64,000 nucleotides of DNA, taken from Verrucomicrobiota bacterium. GTDB taxonomy: Bacteria > Verrucomicrobiota > Verrucomicrobiia > Limisphaerales > AAA164-E04. The notes beneath the pieces were generated by a model. It searched no databases, had not been told where the DNA came from, and saw only the letters and a program-made list of their open reading frames with translations. How positions within the stretch are numbered: the first letter of the stretch is position 1; each line of letters starts with the position of its first letter. The stretch covers positions 1,952,001-2,016,000 of the forward strand of contig CP170459.1 of the NCBI GenBank assembly GCA_047947115.1, read 5' to 3'. This document shows positions 28,152-38,039 of the stretch, one piece after another. Position numbers and translations under genes: made by a program.

Positions 28152-28808
28152 TCAAAGCATCCTTTTCAAGAAGGGAATTCGTTTGGCCATATCAGCGACG
28201 ATAAAGCTTCCAATCAAGGTCGCTACTGTCAGGACATCGGCCGCCACCAGGCGACTCATATTCGCGATGGGATCGCACAATGGTGTCAACGCCACCATGA
28301 TGGGGGAATGCAGCATGTAAACACCAAAACTCCGATCGGAAAGCCAACGTGCAATCGCGAACCACATGGGGCCATTGCCGCTCAGGAATTGTCCGGATGT
28401 TGCGTAATTCGCCCAGTACGAACCAAAGGCAGGCCGGTCGGGGCCTTCCGGGTGGTGGAGCAGGAAGTAAATGATGCACGGTTGTATGACCAGCATATAA
28501 AGAAGCGATGGAACCCCGAGTCGCAAAAAACGTTCTTGCATGAACGCCTTGGAGTCTCGCCGTAAAAGGGCCCGATGTGCAAAAACTCCCGCCAGAAAAA
28601 AAAGCAATCCCATGAAAAAAGCCTGAAGGTGGGCTTGCCAAAGAATGAACACCAATTGTTCAACTGGTGAAGGACCGGGAGGTACGTTCACATACCAACC
28701 ACCGATGTAGCTGTAGGTCACGCAGGCATGGATGCTGACCACCAGAAAGATGACGAAGGTTCGAAGGTTATCGATCCATGCGATGCGGGATGTGGGTTGG
28801 GATTTCAT
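28152..28808 (-). pseudogene. Acyltransferase family 3 (OpgC-like) with apparent in-frame internal deletion
   Basis: N-terminal motifs IDNLRT, FFMGLLFFLAG, ERFLRLGVP and GPMWF run directly into the C-terminal SFGVYMLHSPI motif. 218 aa is much shorter than typical members. Confidence 0.65.
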
Positions 28809-28841
28809 TTGAGATTGTTGCTGAGTCGAACTTTGCCGAGC

Positions 28842-29846
28842 TTAGCGATTCCAACCCAGTTCCTGGATGCGTTGAATTTCACCGACGATGTCCACCCCTT
28901 CATAAAAGGAAAACCATCCTTGCAGAACTTGTTGTTCATCTGGTTTGCAGTCGGGGAATTTGGGGTCCGAATGCATGCAGGGGCATGGAGCGTTGGCCCA
29001 AGTTCTGTGGTTGGGCGTCCAAGCCGTAATGGCCCATCGTCGTCCGTCTTCACTTCGGCAGGCCATGTAAGGGTCCATGAACAATTTGTTTTCGTTCGTG
29101 ATTTGGTCAAAGCCGGGCAGTCCTTTTAGCATGACGCAATGTTGCACTCGCATGTCCGAAAGGTTTTGATCAGTGCCGTTGTGCAGCCACATCTTCATGC
29201 GCAAGTGATCCCCCATCGGAATGACTTCCGTGCCGAAGGCGATGCCGTTGGGCAGGGTACGGTCCATTGTCAAAGATCCGTCCGCATGGCGCGTCCATTC
29301 AAGCGGTTTCAGGGTGATCCCCCGGCTGTCCCATACCGTATCGATATGGGTGTGAGCCAGGTAGGTGAGCCCGAGATTGGACCAGATGGCTTCCGGGATG
29401 TCGAGGACGGCGTATCCGTGAGCATCCCATGGAGCAAACACACTGATCTTGGTTTCCCGCTGAGGGTTGATGGCTCCTTCCAGGAATCCTATGCGCGGAT
29501 GCCTTCCGCCCGGGTAAGGGAGGACAAGCAGGGGGGCGTTCGCCGGACGAGTTCTTTCCTTTTCCTTGTCAAGTTGCCGAAAAATTGCATGTTCCTTTAT
29601 TTCTTGGTTGCTTAAGCCGGTTGCGGCACTCGTTTCCGACAAGCTGAACCGGTGATGGATGAGCATGTTTTCAAGCCAGAAGCGGAGGTCGGTTTCGTTT
29701 GACGGCCTGCGAGACTGGGAATCCGCCGCGTTTATTCCAGGGTTTAAAAAGACCATGCCAAACAGGAACAAGGGGCAAAGAAATGGTCCGATTTGGCAGA
29801 GTTTGCCTCGAAGAAAAGGCGTGTGGTCATCGTGTAAGGCCTGCAT
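28842..29846 (-). CDS. Conserved secreted hypothetical protein
   Basis: Signal-peptide-like N-terminus; motifs PYPGGRHPRIGFLEGAI.PQRETK, DIPEAIWSNLGLTYLAHTHI, PCPCMHSDP. Confidence 0.75.
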   Translation of the reverse strand: MQALHDDHTPFLRGKLCQIGPFLCPLFLFGMVFLNPGINAADSQSRRPSNETDLRFWLENMLIHHRFSLSETSAATGLSNQEIKEHAIFRQLDKEKERTRPANAPLLVLPYPGGRHPRIGFLEGAINPQRETKISVFAPWDAHGYAVLDIPEAIWSNLGLTYLAHTHIDTVWDSRGITLKPLEWTRHADGSLTMDRTLPNGIAFGTEVIPMGDHLRMKMWLHNGTDQNLSDMRVQHCVMLKGLPGFDQITNENKLFMDPYMACRSEDGRRWAITAWTPNHRTWANAPCPCMHSDPKFPDCKPDEQQVLQGWFSFYEGVDIVGEIQRIQELGWNR

Positions 29847-29922
29847 GATCCTGTTATTTTGTGACGGATAGGTTGCAAAAGTCCATTGAAATTCGTTTGG
29901 CGGGTAGGTAGGTTGGTCGGAG

Positions 29923-30828
29923 ATGTTAGATGATCGCTCCTACATGCAGGAACCGCAGTATCAGCCGAAGAACCAATCGGCCGTGGTATTGATCATCATT
30001 ATCAACGTCGTGGTTTTCCTTGTGGGCGTGTTCACAGCGAGTCAGGCCCACATCTGGCAGGATTATTTCTATCTGAGCAAAGAAGGGGTTGCCAAAGGTT
30101 TCTTATGGCAGTTTATCACCTTTCAGTTCTTTCACATTAATTTTCTGCACATTCTCTTCAACTGCTGGGCACTTTACGTTTTCGGGCGTCATGTAGAAGA
30201 ATCTCAGGGCAAAGCCAGCTTTTTCAGACTGTACTTTATCTCAGGTGTGGCTGGTGGTTTGCTTTTTGTGGCGATTGCCTGGGCTGTTTCGGGGCAGATG
30301 ATTTCGCCGCCATTGCTTGGGGCTTCCGCTGGGGTATATGGGCTGATAGCCGTGTTTGCCCGCCTTATGCCTGATGCGCCTCTGATGATCTTTCCGTTTC
30401 CAGTCAGCATCAAAGCCAAGTATTTGTTTTTCATTTTGATCGGGATTGCCGGTTTAGGTGTGATTTTTTCGCAGAGCGGCGGTGGTGTGTCCCATGCAGC
30501 CCATTTGGGCGGCGGGATAGCTGGTTTGCTGTACGCCTATTATGCCATTGAGGGAAACAGGCTGCCGATCAATCTTCCATCCGCTCCCGCCCCGGCCAAG
30601 AAAGCAAGGCAGCCTCAAACCGTATCCAAAGTGACGGGTGCTTTCAAGCGGACGACCAAGTTGGGCAAGGCGCCTGCTGAATTGACGCAGGAAGAATTCA
30701 TCAGCCGTGAGGTGGATCCCATCCTCGAAAAGATTTCGGCTCACGGCATCCATAGCCTCACTGACAAAGAACGGAAGATCCTCGAATCTGCCCGTTCCCG
30801 CTTGAGCCATCGTTTGCGCAAACGCTGA
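29923..30828 (+). CDS. Rhomboid intramembrane serine protease with a C-terminal DUF6576-like domain
   Basis: HILFN, catalytic GASAG and AHLGG; C-terminal EVDPILEKISAHGIHSLTDKERKIL. Confidence 0.92.
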   Translation: MLDDRSYMQEPQYQPKNQSAVVLIIIINVVVFLVGVFTASQAHIWQDYFYLSKEGVAKGFLWQFITFQFFHINFLHILFNCWALYVFGRHVEESQGKASFFRLYFISGVAGGLLFVAIAWAVSGQMISPPLLGASAGVYGLIAVFARLMPDAPLMIFPFPVSIKAKYLFFILIGIAGLGVIFSQSGGGVSHAAHLGGGIAGLLYAYYAIEGNRLPINLPSAPAPAKKARQPQTVSKVTGAFKRTTKLGKAPAELTQEEFISREVDPILEKISAHGIHSLTDKERKILESARSRLSHRLRKR

Positions 30829-30939
30829 GTTTTGGTGCAGGATTTCCTGACCTTGACCATTTCTTTTTGAAACAGATTTCCTTCCCGTGGTGAATCTGTT
30901 ATCAGTTCATCAACCCAACCACTTGCGAAGGATAAGGTC

Positions 30940-32718
30940 ATGAAATTTCTACCGATCGTCAGTCGTGAACTGCAACTCGCCGCCCGGCGACCGTCGACCT
31001 ACCGGATTCGGGTGGTCACGGTGCTCTTAAGTGTCAGTGTCTGTGCCTATTTGCTTTTTCGCTTTGCCAGTTTGGGCACGATGGGAGCCGGGGTGCAGGG
31101 GGCGCGCTTATTCAACTCTCTTGCTGTGATTGCCTTTATTTTCAGCAGTCTGGCGGGTGTTTTTGTTTGTTCCGACAGTGTGAGCCGTGAGAAGAGGGAC
31201 GGCACGCTTGGGCTGCTGTTTTTAACACCTCTTCGTCCCATGGATGTGGTTTTCGGGAAATTTTTTGCTTTTGGACTCAACCTGTTTTACGGCCTGCTTG
31301 CTTTCGTTCCCATTCTTGCCATGACCTGGCAAATGGGGGGAGTCAGGGAAGGAACAGTGGTAATGACGGTGCTGGTGCTGGTCAATACCCTCTTCTTGTC
31401 CATCTGCATTGCTCTTTTCGTGTCATCCATCAGCAAGGATGAACGCAAGGCCTTGTGGGCATCAATCGGAAGTGTTTTGCTGGTGTTTATCGGTCCTTTT
31501 GTCATTGCGGGTTATCTGGCCAACAATAATGCATACAGCCAACCGGGACTGGCGGTCCTTTTGACCCCGTTCTTTCTCATGCTTTCTCCCATGGTATCCT
31601 TGGATATGGTGATTGGGGGGTTTTTGAAAAGTATAACGATTTCTAACGTCCAAGTTATTAACTTCTCCACAGGCCACTTTCGACTGGGGCTGGGGCCGGT
31701 TGATTTGGGGTTTGTCTTAAGTTTGTTCGTACCGCATATGCTGGCTTGGGTTCTTTTGTTTCGGTCTGGTCGTGTGATTGGAGGCATGATATCCGGCACT
31801 CCCAAGTCCCGGTTTTGGGAGAATATCCGGATCAAATGGCATTATTTCCTTTATGGAAAGGGCGACCAGCGACGCAAGCATCGTCAGTGGCTGTTGGATC
31901 ACCATCCAATGACCTGGATGGTGATGCGCGAAAAGTTGAAGCTGAAATACGCCTGGACCCTGGTGGTTGCTGTCGTGTTCATCTGGGTGTTCGGTTATAT
32001 GGCCAACGGAGAGGTCATGGCCGAACCCCCCGTTTTGATTTCCCTCGGTCTTTTCGTTCACTTTTTTCTCAAGCTATGGGTGGCTTCCGAGGCCGCTTCA
32101 GTCATCGCTGAAGATCGCCGTACGGGGGCGTTGGAACTGGTGGTAACCACGCCCCTGGGGGCAAGAGGTATCGTGAACGGTATTTTCAAAGCCTCCTTGC
32201 TGCAGTTTTGGAAGCCGGTGTGTTTGTTGATTGCCGCCGAATTGATGCTGGTGTTCACCTTGGCGGCACCTGATCGCCAATTGAATCTTCCTTTGGCACG
32301 ATCCGCCTATGTGGCATCCATGTTGATGCTGGTGGTCGACATGGCATCCATCGGTTGGGTGGCGATCTGGTATGCTCTGAAAACCGGGAGCACCCATAAG
32401 GCCATCGGTCGCTCGGTTGTCTGGATGCTGGCAGTGCCATGGATTGTTTATCTGCTGGCCAGACCGATATGGGATTACCTTTGGTTTCCGCTCGTACAAT
32501 GGTGGGTGGAGGATTCATTTCCGGCAGGTTCATCTCAACCTCGATCCTACCATTCCAGGGCATTCGATGAACAAATGATGTATGGTCGTGTCGTGTTCTG
32601 GTGTCTCCTTGGTATGGGTTGGAATTATTGGTTTGCCTGGAAACGCATGCGGGGAAACGTGCTGGGGCAGTTCCAGACGATGGTCTCCGAATCGGGTATT
32701 CAAAAATCCAAGGATTGA
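30940..32718 (+). CDS. ABC-2-type transporter permease-like membrane protein (two homologous halves)
   Basis: LPIVSREL...ARR; SREKRDGTLGLLFLTPL; second half EDRRTGALELVVTTPL; many TM segments. Confidence 0.8.
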   Translation: MKFLPIVSRELQLAARRPSTYRIRVVTVLLSVSVCAYLLFRFASLGTMGAGVQGARLFNSLAVIAFIFSSLAGVFVCSDSVSREKRDGTLGLLFLTPLRPMDVVFGKFFAFGLNLFYGLLAFVPILAMTWQMGGVREGTVVMTVLVLVNTLFLSICIALFVSSISKDERKALWASIGSVLLVFIGPFVIAGYLANNNAYSQPGLAVLLTPFFLMLSPMVSLDMVIGGFLKSITISNVQVINFSTGHFRLGLGPVDLGFVLSLFVPHMLAWVLLFRSGRVIGGMISGTPKSRFWENIRIKWHYFLYGKGDQRRKHRQWLLDHHPMTWMVMREKLKLKYAWTLVVAVVFIWVFGYMANGEVMAEPPVLISLGLFVHFFLKLWVASEAASVIAEDRRTGALELVVTTPLGARGIVNGIFKASLLQFWKPVCLLIAAELMLVFTLAAPDRQLNLPLARSAYVASMLMLVVDMASIGWVAIWYALKTGSTHKAIGRSVVWMLAVPWIVYLLARPIWDYLWFPLVQWWVEDSFPAGSSQPRSYHSRAFDEQMMYGRVVFWCLLGMGWNYWFAWKRMRGNVLGQFQTMVSESGIQKSKD

Positions 32719-32743
32719 GAGTGTGGCTTCCGTGTAAGGGAGA

Positions 32744-33604
32744 TCACGTTCCAGGCCACTCCTTGCGGATCGATTCGGGAGTTTGACCAGCTTCTCTCAG
32801 TGCCTGCAAGCTCAGCGATTGATGGCGCTTTGCCAGCCGGTTGCCTTGTTCGTCCATCATCAGCGGGCAATGAAAAAAAGCAGGGGCTTCCCATTGGAGG
32901 GCGTCATACAGGAGTAGTTGGCGAGCGGTGGACACGAGTAGATCTTCCCCTCTGACCACTTCAGTGATCCTCATCATGTGGTCGTCGACCACAACTGCCA
33001 GTTGGTAGGACGGGACCTCGTCGGCGCGCCATAAAACAAAGTCTCCAAAATCGGTGCCCGATACAAAGTCGCATGGTCCCTTGCGCCCATCTTCAAAGCC
33101 GACCCGAACTCCGTCCGGTACTTTAAATCTCCAACAGTATTGTTGCTTGGCCGGTGGTGAGGTTTTTGTCCGATGCGGAGGGCGGCAGGTACCTGGGTAA
33201 ATGATTTCGTCATCCGCGGCGTGGGGTGCTCGAACGGCCTGCTCGATGTCTTTTCGGGAGCAATGGCAACGGTAGGCTGCGCCGATGCTAATGAGCCGAT
33301 CCAGCGCTTCCCTGTAATGGGGGATGCGTTGGCTTTGATAGTAGGGCGCGTGCAGACTGTGGGGCAGATCGGGCCCTTCGTCCCATGAGAATCCAAACCA
33401 CTTCAGGTCCTCGATACAGCCTGCCACAAACTCCGGTTTGCAACGTGCCTTGTCGATGTCCTCGATCCTGAGCAGGAGCTGTCCCCCTCGATCCCTGGCT
33501 CGTTCTTGAGCTTTCCAGAATGTGGCAGCATGTCCGGAGTGCAGCCGTCCGGTGGGAGTGGGAGCGATGCGGCCGCGATAGGTCTTGTCCTTGGGATACG
33601 GCAC
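32744..33604 (-). CDS. gluQ: tRNA glutamyl-Q(34) synthetase
   Basis: GRIAPTPTGRLHSGH, LRIEDID, CHCSRK...YPGTC, YQLAVVVDD, VRGEDL, RLAKR; no anticodon-binding domain. GTG start at 33604 chosen to avoid overlap with the upstream gene. Confidence 0.92.
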   Translation of the reverse strand: MPYPKDKTYRGRIAPTPTGRLHSGHAATFWKAQERARDRGGQLLLRIEDIDKARCKPEFVAGCIEDLKWFGFSWDEGPDLPHSLHAPYYQSQRIPHYREALDRLISIGAAYRCHCSRKDIEQAVRAPHAADDEIIYPGTCRPPHRTKTSPPAKQQYCWRFKVPDGVRVGFEDGRKGPCDFVSGTDFGDFVLWRADEVPSYQLAVVVDDHMMRITEVVRGEDLLVSTARQLLLYDALQWEAPAFFHCPLMMDEQGNRLAKRHQSLSLQALREAGQTPESIRKEWPGT

Positions 33605-33609
33605 GGGGT

Positions 33610-34461
33610 TTAAAAAGGTTCTTCCGCGTGCTCTTTCAGCCATTGGGTAAACGAAGGGAGGGGAAAGGACAGGATTTGACTGGCCTTGTCGCAGCAAAGA
33701 GAGGTGTCAGGTGCACGCGGTGGACCATTGTAATCTTTCAACCTTCCCGCCAGGATGTTGCCGTGAGACTCCCCCCAACGTTCGGTCAACACTCGGCCAA
33801 TGTCATACCGGGATAATTTTTCGGCTCCAGCGATATGGAATATGCCGGATGCTTTGACGGCAAGTAACTCCCAAAGCGCGCGTGCCGTGACTTTGGCGGC
33901 CATGGGGCTGCGGTATTCGTCCGTAAAAAGATTCATCGTTTGACCGTTTCGCAGCACGCGACGCAGTTCTTCATTGAACCCCCGATCGCCTGTTGGGGAT
34001 TGTCCTCCATTCAAGGAGGTGCGGATCACGGTATGGTTTGGATTGCGGAGGACCAGCTCTTCGGCCAGTGCTTTGGTTTCGCCGTAAATGCTGAGCGGAT
34101 TGGGCTGATCCGATTCACGGTAGTCTCCTTGTGTTCCGTCAAACACCAGATCAGAGGACAGGAATAGAAAGGGGATGGATTCGGACAGCTGCGCCAGGTG
34201 TTGGGTGAGCGTTACGTTCGTTTGGTGAGCGAGTGCCGGGTTTTGTTGGCAGACGGGACTTTTGCTGATCGCCGCGCAGTGGATGATGCCGGACGGTTGC
34301 TCGGCTTTAAATCGTTCCTCCACTGCTGTGGCATCCAGCAAATCCAAATCCCCGCGGAGAATGCCTACCGCTCGGAAAGTTGAAGGACAGGTCTGCATGA
34401 GGCAATGGCCGATCAACCCGCCTGCACCCGTGATCCAGATGGAAGGGTCAGATGATTTCAT
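33610..34461 (-). CDS. RmlD/RfbD-like (dTDP-4-dehydrorhamnose reductase family) SDR oxidoreductase
   Basis: ITGAGGLIG, IHCAA, SSDLVFDG, YGETK, FTDEYRSP. Confidence 0.85.
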   Translation of the reverse strand: MKSSDPSIWITGAGGLIGHCLMQTCPSTFRAVGILRGDLDLLDATAVEERFKAEQPSGIIHCAAISKSPVCQQNPALAHQTNVTLTQHLAQLSESIPFLFLSSDLVFDGTQGDYRESDQPNPLSIYGETKALAEELVLRNPNHTVIRTSLNGGQSPTGDRGFNEELRRVLRNGQTMNLFTDEYRSPMAAKVTARALWELLAVKASGIFHIAGAEKLSRYDIGRVLTERWGESHGNILAGRLKDYNGPPRAPDTSLCCDKASQILSFPLPSFTQWLKEHAEEPF

Positions 34462-35410
34462 GTTCCTTCTTAGACGGTGCAGCTCCTTTCAGGCTGCGAA
34501 TAAATTTGCCAAGTGTCTCATTGGTGGGGCCGTATCCGTCACGGTAGATGTGGAATTCCAGATCGTGCAAAAGTTGTTCGGCTGACGCGTATCGTTTCTC
34601 GATCTTGCGTTCCAGCAAGCGTTGGAGAATGATGTTCAAGTCCTTCGTGACGAGTCTGGATTCACTGCAAAAATCCGGAATGGGCATATGGAGGACATTG
34701 TTCCTGGAATCCGAGGCGCTTTCACCGGTGAATGGATTGCGCCCCAGAAGCAGGCAGGCCAGGACGATGCCGGTGGAGAAAAGGTCGGATCGTGCGTCTG
34801 TGATACCGAAATCCGCCTGTTCCGGACTCATGAAATCCGCTTTGCCTGCCGCTACTTCGCCTTCCTGATCGATGAGGTAGCCAGCAGCTTTGGCAATACC
34901 GAAATCGGTCAGTTTGACATCCCCTTCATAGGCCACCATGACGTTTTTTAAACTCACATCCCGGTGAACAATGTTCAGAGGCTCACATTTTATGTTGGTT
35001 TTTTGATGGGCGTAGGCGAGTCCGCGAGCAATCCGGCTGGTAATGAACACGGCGAGTTCGGGGGGAAGAGTGCGTCCATTGGCTTCCACCAATCGAAGAA
35101 ACTGTTCGAGGTTCATGCCTTGGATGAATTCCATGGCGATGTAGCACATGCCCTGGGATTCTCCGAGGTGATACGTCTGTACGATGTTGGTGTGAATCAG
35201 GTTAGCCACCAACTTGGCTTCACCGATGAAGTTGCTCAGGAACATGGGCTGATCCAGGAAATGTTCGCGGATCAGTTTGATGGCAACAGTTTTGGTAAAA
35301 TCCCTGGCACCATGTTGGCGGGCTTCATAAACGACACCCATTCCGCCTTCAGCTACCTTGCGGACAAGTTCGTAGCGGAAATGATCGTGGATGTTGATGC
35401 ACTCGTTCAT
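34448..35410 (-). CDS. Cytoplasmic Hanks-type Ser/Thr protein kinase (catalytic domain only)
   Basis: AEGGMGVVY, VAIK, HRDVSLKN, TDFGIAK, MSPEQ, SDLFSTG; no TM or sensor domain. Confidence 0.92.
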   Translation of the reverse strand: MNECINIHDHFRYELVRKVAEGGMGVVYEARQHGARDFTKTVAIKLIREHFLDQPMFLSNFIGEAKLVANLIHTNIVQTYHLGESQGMCYIAMEFIQGMNLEQFLRLVEANGRTLPPELAVFITSRIARGLAYAHQKTNIKCEPLNIVHRDVSLKNVMVAYEGDVKLTDFGIAKAAGYLIDQEGEVAAGKADFMSPEQADFGITDARSDLFSTGIVLACLLLGRNPFTGESASDSRNNVLHMPIPDFCSESRLVTKDLNIILQRLLERKIEKRYASAEQLLHDLEFHIYRDGYGPTNETLGKFIRSLKGAAPSKKEHEII

Positions 35411-35491
35411 GGTAAACCTTGCCGGCGGCTTTCAATCCAAAGTATACCGACGTTGCCCGAATGTTTACCCGTTGCTCAGTCCCCGGTCAAA

Positions 35492-35665
35492 TCAAGAGTC
35501 GGACCTTTGATGTGAAATCAGGGCAATGGCGGGTTTTTCTGTCATTACTTCACTTAGCAGGATCCACACTGATTTTGCATGCTCCTCTTCGCACTGCATG
35601 ATGTCTTGGTATAAATGGACCAAGTTGTCTTCATTTGTATCCAAATGATGGAGTTCGGCGCTCAT
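35492..35665 (-). CDS. Small hypothetical protein (57 aa), below the ORF-track cutoff
   Basis: MSAELHHLDTNEDNLVHLYQDIMQCEEEHAKSVWILLSEVMTEKPAIALISHQRSDS*; preceded by purine-rich AAGGGAATGAAAAATT; sits in the gap between rny and the kinase on the same strand. Confidence 0.6.
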   Translation of the reverse strand: MSAELHHLDTNEDNLVHLYQDIMQCEEEHAKSVWILLSEVMTEKPAIALISHQRSDS

Positions 35666-35847
35666 AATTTTTCATTCCCTTGGGCTGGTGTCCCCTTGTT
35701 TTCGACTGACGGGGCGCCCTCATGTATTATCGGAATAATCGACCCTGAAACTGAGTGATTAATTTCCCTCATGGGTGCGTTGTCAAAGGGGAACGATTTG
35801 TGCATCCCGAAAGTGTTCCCTTGCCGGGTAATGCATTGGGGAATAGA

Positions 35848-37410
35848 TTATTTTGCAAATTCAATGCAACGGGTCTCGCGAATGACGGTGATGCGAATCT
35901 GGCCGGGATATTGTATTTCGTCCTCGATTTTTCGGGCGAGTTTCCTGGATAGATTGAAAGCCTGCTCATCCGTGATCTGGTCCGGTGACACAATCACTCT
36001 CATTTCACGGCCCGCCTGCACTGCGTAGCATTTTTCCACACCCTCAAAGGACTTGCCGATGCTTTCCAGATTCTGCAATCGCTGGATGTAGGTCGTCATG
36101 CTTTCCGATCTGGCGCCTGGGCGGGATGCGCTGATGGCGTCTGCTGCGCTGACCAAAATACCGTAGACGGATGTGTGAGGTACTTCATCGTGATGCGCCG
36201 CCACCGCGTTGACGACCGGATCCTTTTCCCCGTGGGTTCGGATGAATTCGGCCCCAATCACGGCATGGGATCCTTCCATATCGTGTTTGATTGCCTTGCC
36301 GATGTCATGGAGGAGTCCTGATTTTTTCGCATCTGTGATGTCGAGGCCTAGCTCCGTGGCCATCAAACCGGTCAAATGAGCGACTTCCACCGAATGATTG
36401 AGCACATTCTGCGAGAAGCTGTTTCGGAAGTGAAGCCTGCCCAGTGTTTTGACCACTTCGGGGTGGAGCGGGGGAATTCCGGTCCTGTAAATGGCTTCTT
36501 CACCCAGTCGGGTGACGGTTTCCTCAATCTCTTCCTCCACTTTGTGGACCACTTCCTCAATTCTGGAAGGATGGATACGACCGTCTGCGATGAGCCGGCT
36601 CATGGCCTCTCTCGCAATTTCTCTTCGGACAGGGTCAAAGGCGGACAAAACAACGGCGTTAGGGGTGTCGTCAATCAGGACGGTGACGCCGGTGGCTGCC
36701 TCAAAGGAGCGGATATTCCGCCCTTCACGTCCTATGATGCGCCCTTTGATGTCGTCCCCGGTGAGGGCAACTGTGGAGGTGGTACAATCAAAGGTGTGTT
36801 CCCCGGCAAATCTCTGAATAGCCAGCGTGATCACCTTGCGAGCCTCTCCTTCAGCATCGCGCTTGGCTTCTTCCATCAGTTTTCGACTCAGATCTTGTGC
36901 GTCCTTCAGGGTGGATTGTTCGACCTCCTTGAGAATCAGTTCGCGTGCTTCGGTCTCGGACAGGCGGCCGATGTTTTCGAGGTCGGTACGGCGTTGCTCG
37001 GTGAGTTGATTCAATTCCTGCTGTTTTAAGGAGATGTCTTCTTGTTGTTTCAGCAGGTTGGATTGTTGGTTTTGCAGCATTTTTTCCTGATTCACCAAAC
37101 CTTCCAACTGACGGTTGATCAGGGATTCTCGTTCGTTGAGGCGTGCTTCCTTTTGCGAAAACTCATTGCGCTGTGAGTCCAGCTCCTGTTGGACCCTTTG
37201 ACGAAGAGATTTTGTCTCGGTTCTGGCCTGGTCGTTGGCTTTGGACAATAACAGCGCCGCATCCGCTTCCGCCTGTTTGAGAAGCGACGCTTTGTCCTGC
37301 TGCCATTTTCGCTGCTGGTTCTGAGTCCAGAAATAGCTGAAAATGCAACCAAGTAGGGCTCCGCATGCCAGCCACAGCAGGGAGTCCGTGTTCCATTCGG
37401 CAATAAACAT
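35848..37410 (-). CDS. rny: Ribonuclease Y
   Basis: N-terminal TM, coiled coil, KH domain (KGRIIGREGRNIR), HD domain (LLHDIGKA), AVQAGRE, YPGQIRITVIRE. Confidence 0.97.
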   Translation of the reverse strand: MFIAEWNTDSLLWLACGALLGCIFSYFWTQNQQRKWQQDKASLLKQAEADAALLLSKANDQARTETKSLRQRVQQELDSQRNEFSQKEARLNERESLINRQLEGLVNQEKMLQNQQSNLLKQQEDISLKQQELNQLTEQRRTDLENIGRLSETEARELILKEVEQSTLKDAQDLSRKLMEEAKRDAEGEARKVITLAIQRFAGEHTFDCTTSTVALTGDDIKGRIIGREGRNIRSFEAATGVTVLIDDTPNAVVLSAFDPVRREIAREAMSRLIADGRIHPSRIEEVVHKVEEEIEETVTRLGEEAIYRTGIPPLHPEVVKTLGRLHFRNSFSQNVLNHSVEVAHLTGLMATELGLDITDAKKSGLLHDIGKAIKHDMEGSHAVIGAEFIRTHGEKDPVVNAVAAHHDEVPHTSVYGILVSAADAISASRPGARSESMTTYIQRLQNLESIGKSFEGVEKCYAVQAGREMRVIVSPDQITDEQAFNLSRKLARKIEDEIQYPGQIRITVIRETRCIEFAK

Positions 37411-37424
37411 TTCATGTTCACTCG

Positions 37425-38039
37425 CTAGAGAGCGGCTTTCACCGGTCCTTCGGGAGTGATGATCCAATCCATTTTCTGATCCAAAGTTTCATGCGGAACC
37501 AATTCAACATACTGATAGTCGAATGCCATACCACATCGAATTCCACCCAGGCTCGCCAACATGCGATCATAAAAACCTTTCCCCCTGCCCAGACGCCATC
37601 CTCGGCTATCAAACGCCAAACCGGGGACCAACGTCAAGTCCGGGTGTAAGCCTTCCGCTTTTGGGCAGTGATCTGCGGGCTCGGGGATGCCGTATTTTCC
37701 GGGTTGCAGGTCGGTGGAAATATTCCTGACTCGGATGGGATGATAAGTCCGGGTTGAGGCCTCGAAACGGGGCAAAAAGAGCTGTTTGCCCTCATCCATG
37801 ATTTCCTTGAGCAAGGGGAAAATATCCGGTTCATCCTTCATGGGGACAAAGGCAAATATCTGTGTGCTCGATTTCCAAATCGAATGTTCCTTGAGATGGT
37901 TTATTATGGAAGAAGATTGAGCCAGGCGAAAGGTTGGGGGCAATTGTGAAGCCCTTTTGCGCTGGCTCTGACGCAAGTGAGCTTTGGCCTGTCCAATTGC
38001 CTGGCATTCATCAAAAGTCTTCTTTGCATCCCTTTCCAC
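37425..38039 (-). CDS. ygfA: 5-formyltetrahydrofolate cyclo-ligase
   Basis: K..LR near the N-terminus, DEPD, GIPEP, LVPGLAFD..G.RLGRGKGFYDR, PHETLDQKMDWIIT. Confidence 0.93.
   Translation of the reverse strand: MERDAKKTFDECQAIGQAKAHLRQSQRKRASQLPPTFRLAQSSSIINHLKEHSIWKSSTQIFAFVPMKDEPDIFPLLKEIMDEGKQLFLPRFEASTRTYHPIRVRNISTDLQPGKYGIPEPADHCPKAEGLHPDLTLVPGLAFDSRGWRLGRGKGFYDRMLASLGGIRCGMAFDYQYVELVPHETLDQKMDWIITPEGPVKAAL

Noticed and set aside
30940..32718. Orphan ABC permease as a novel system
   Set aside because: An unlinked ATPase is a common arrangement, and nothing else in the sequence supports novelty.
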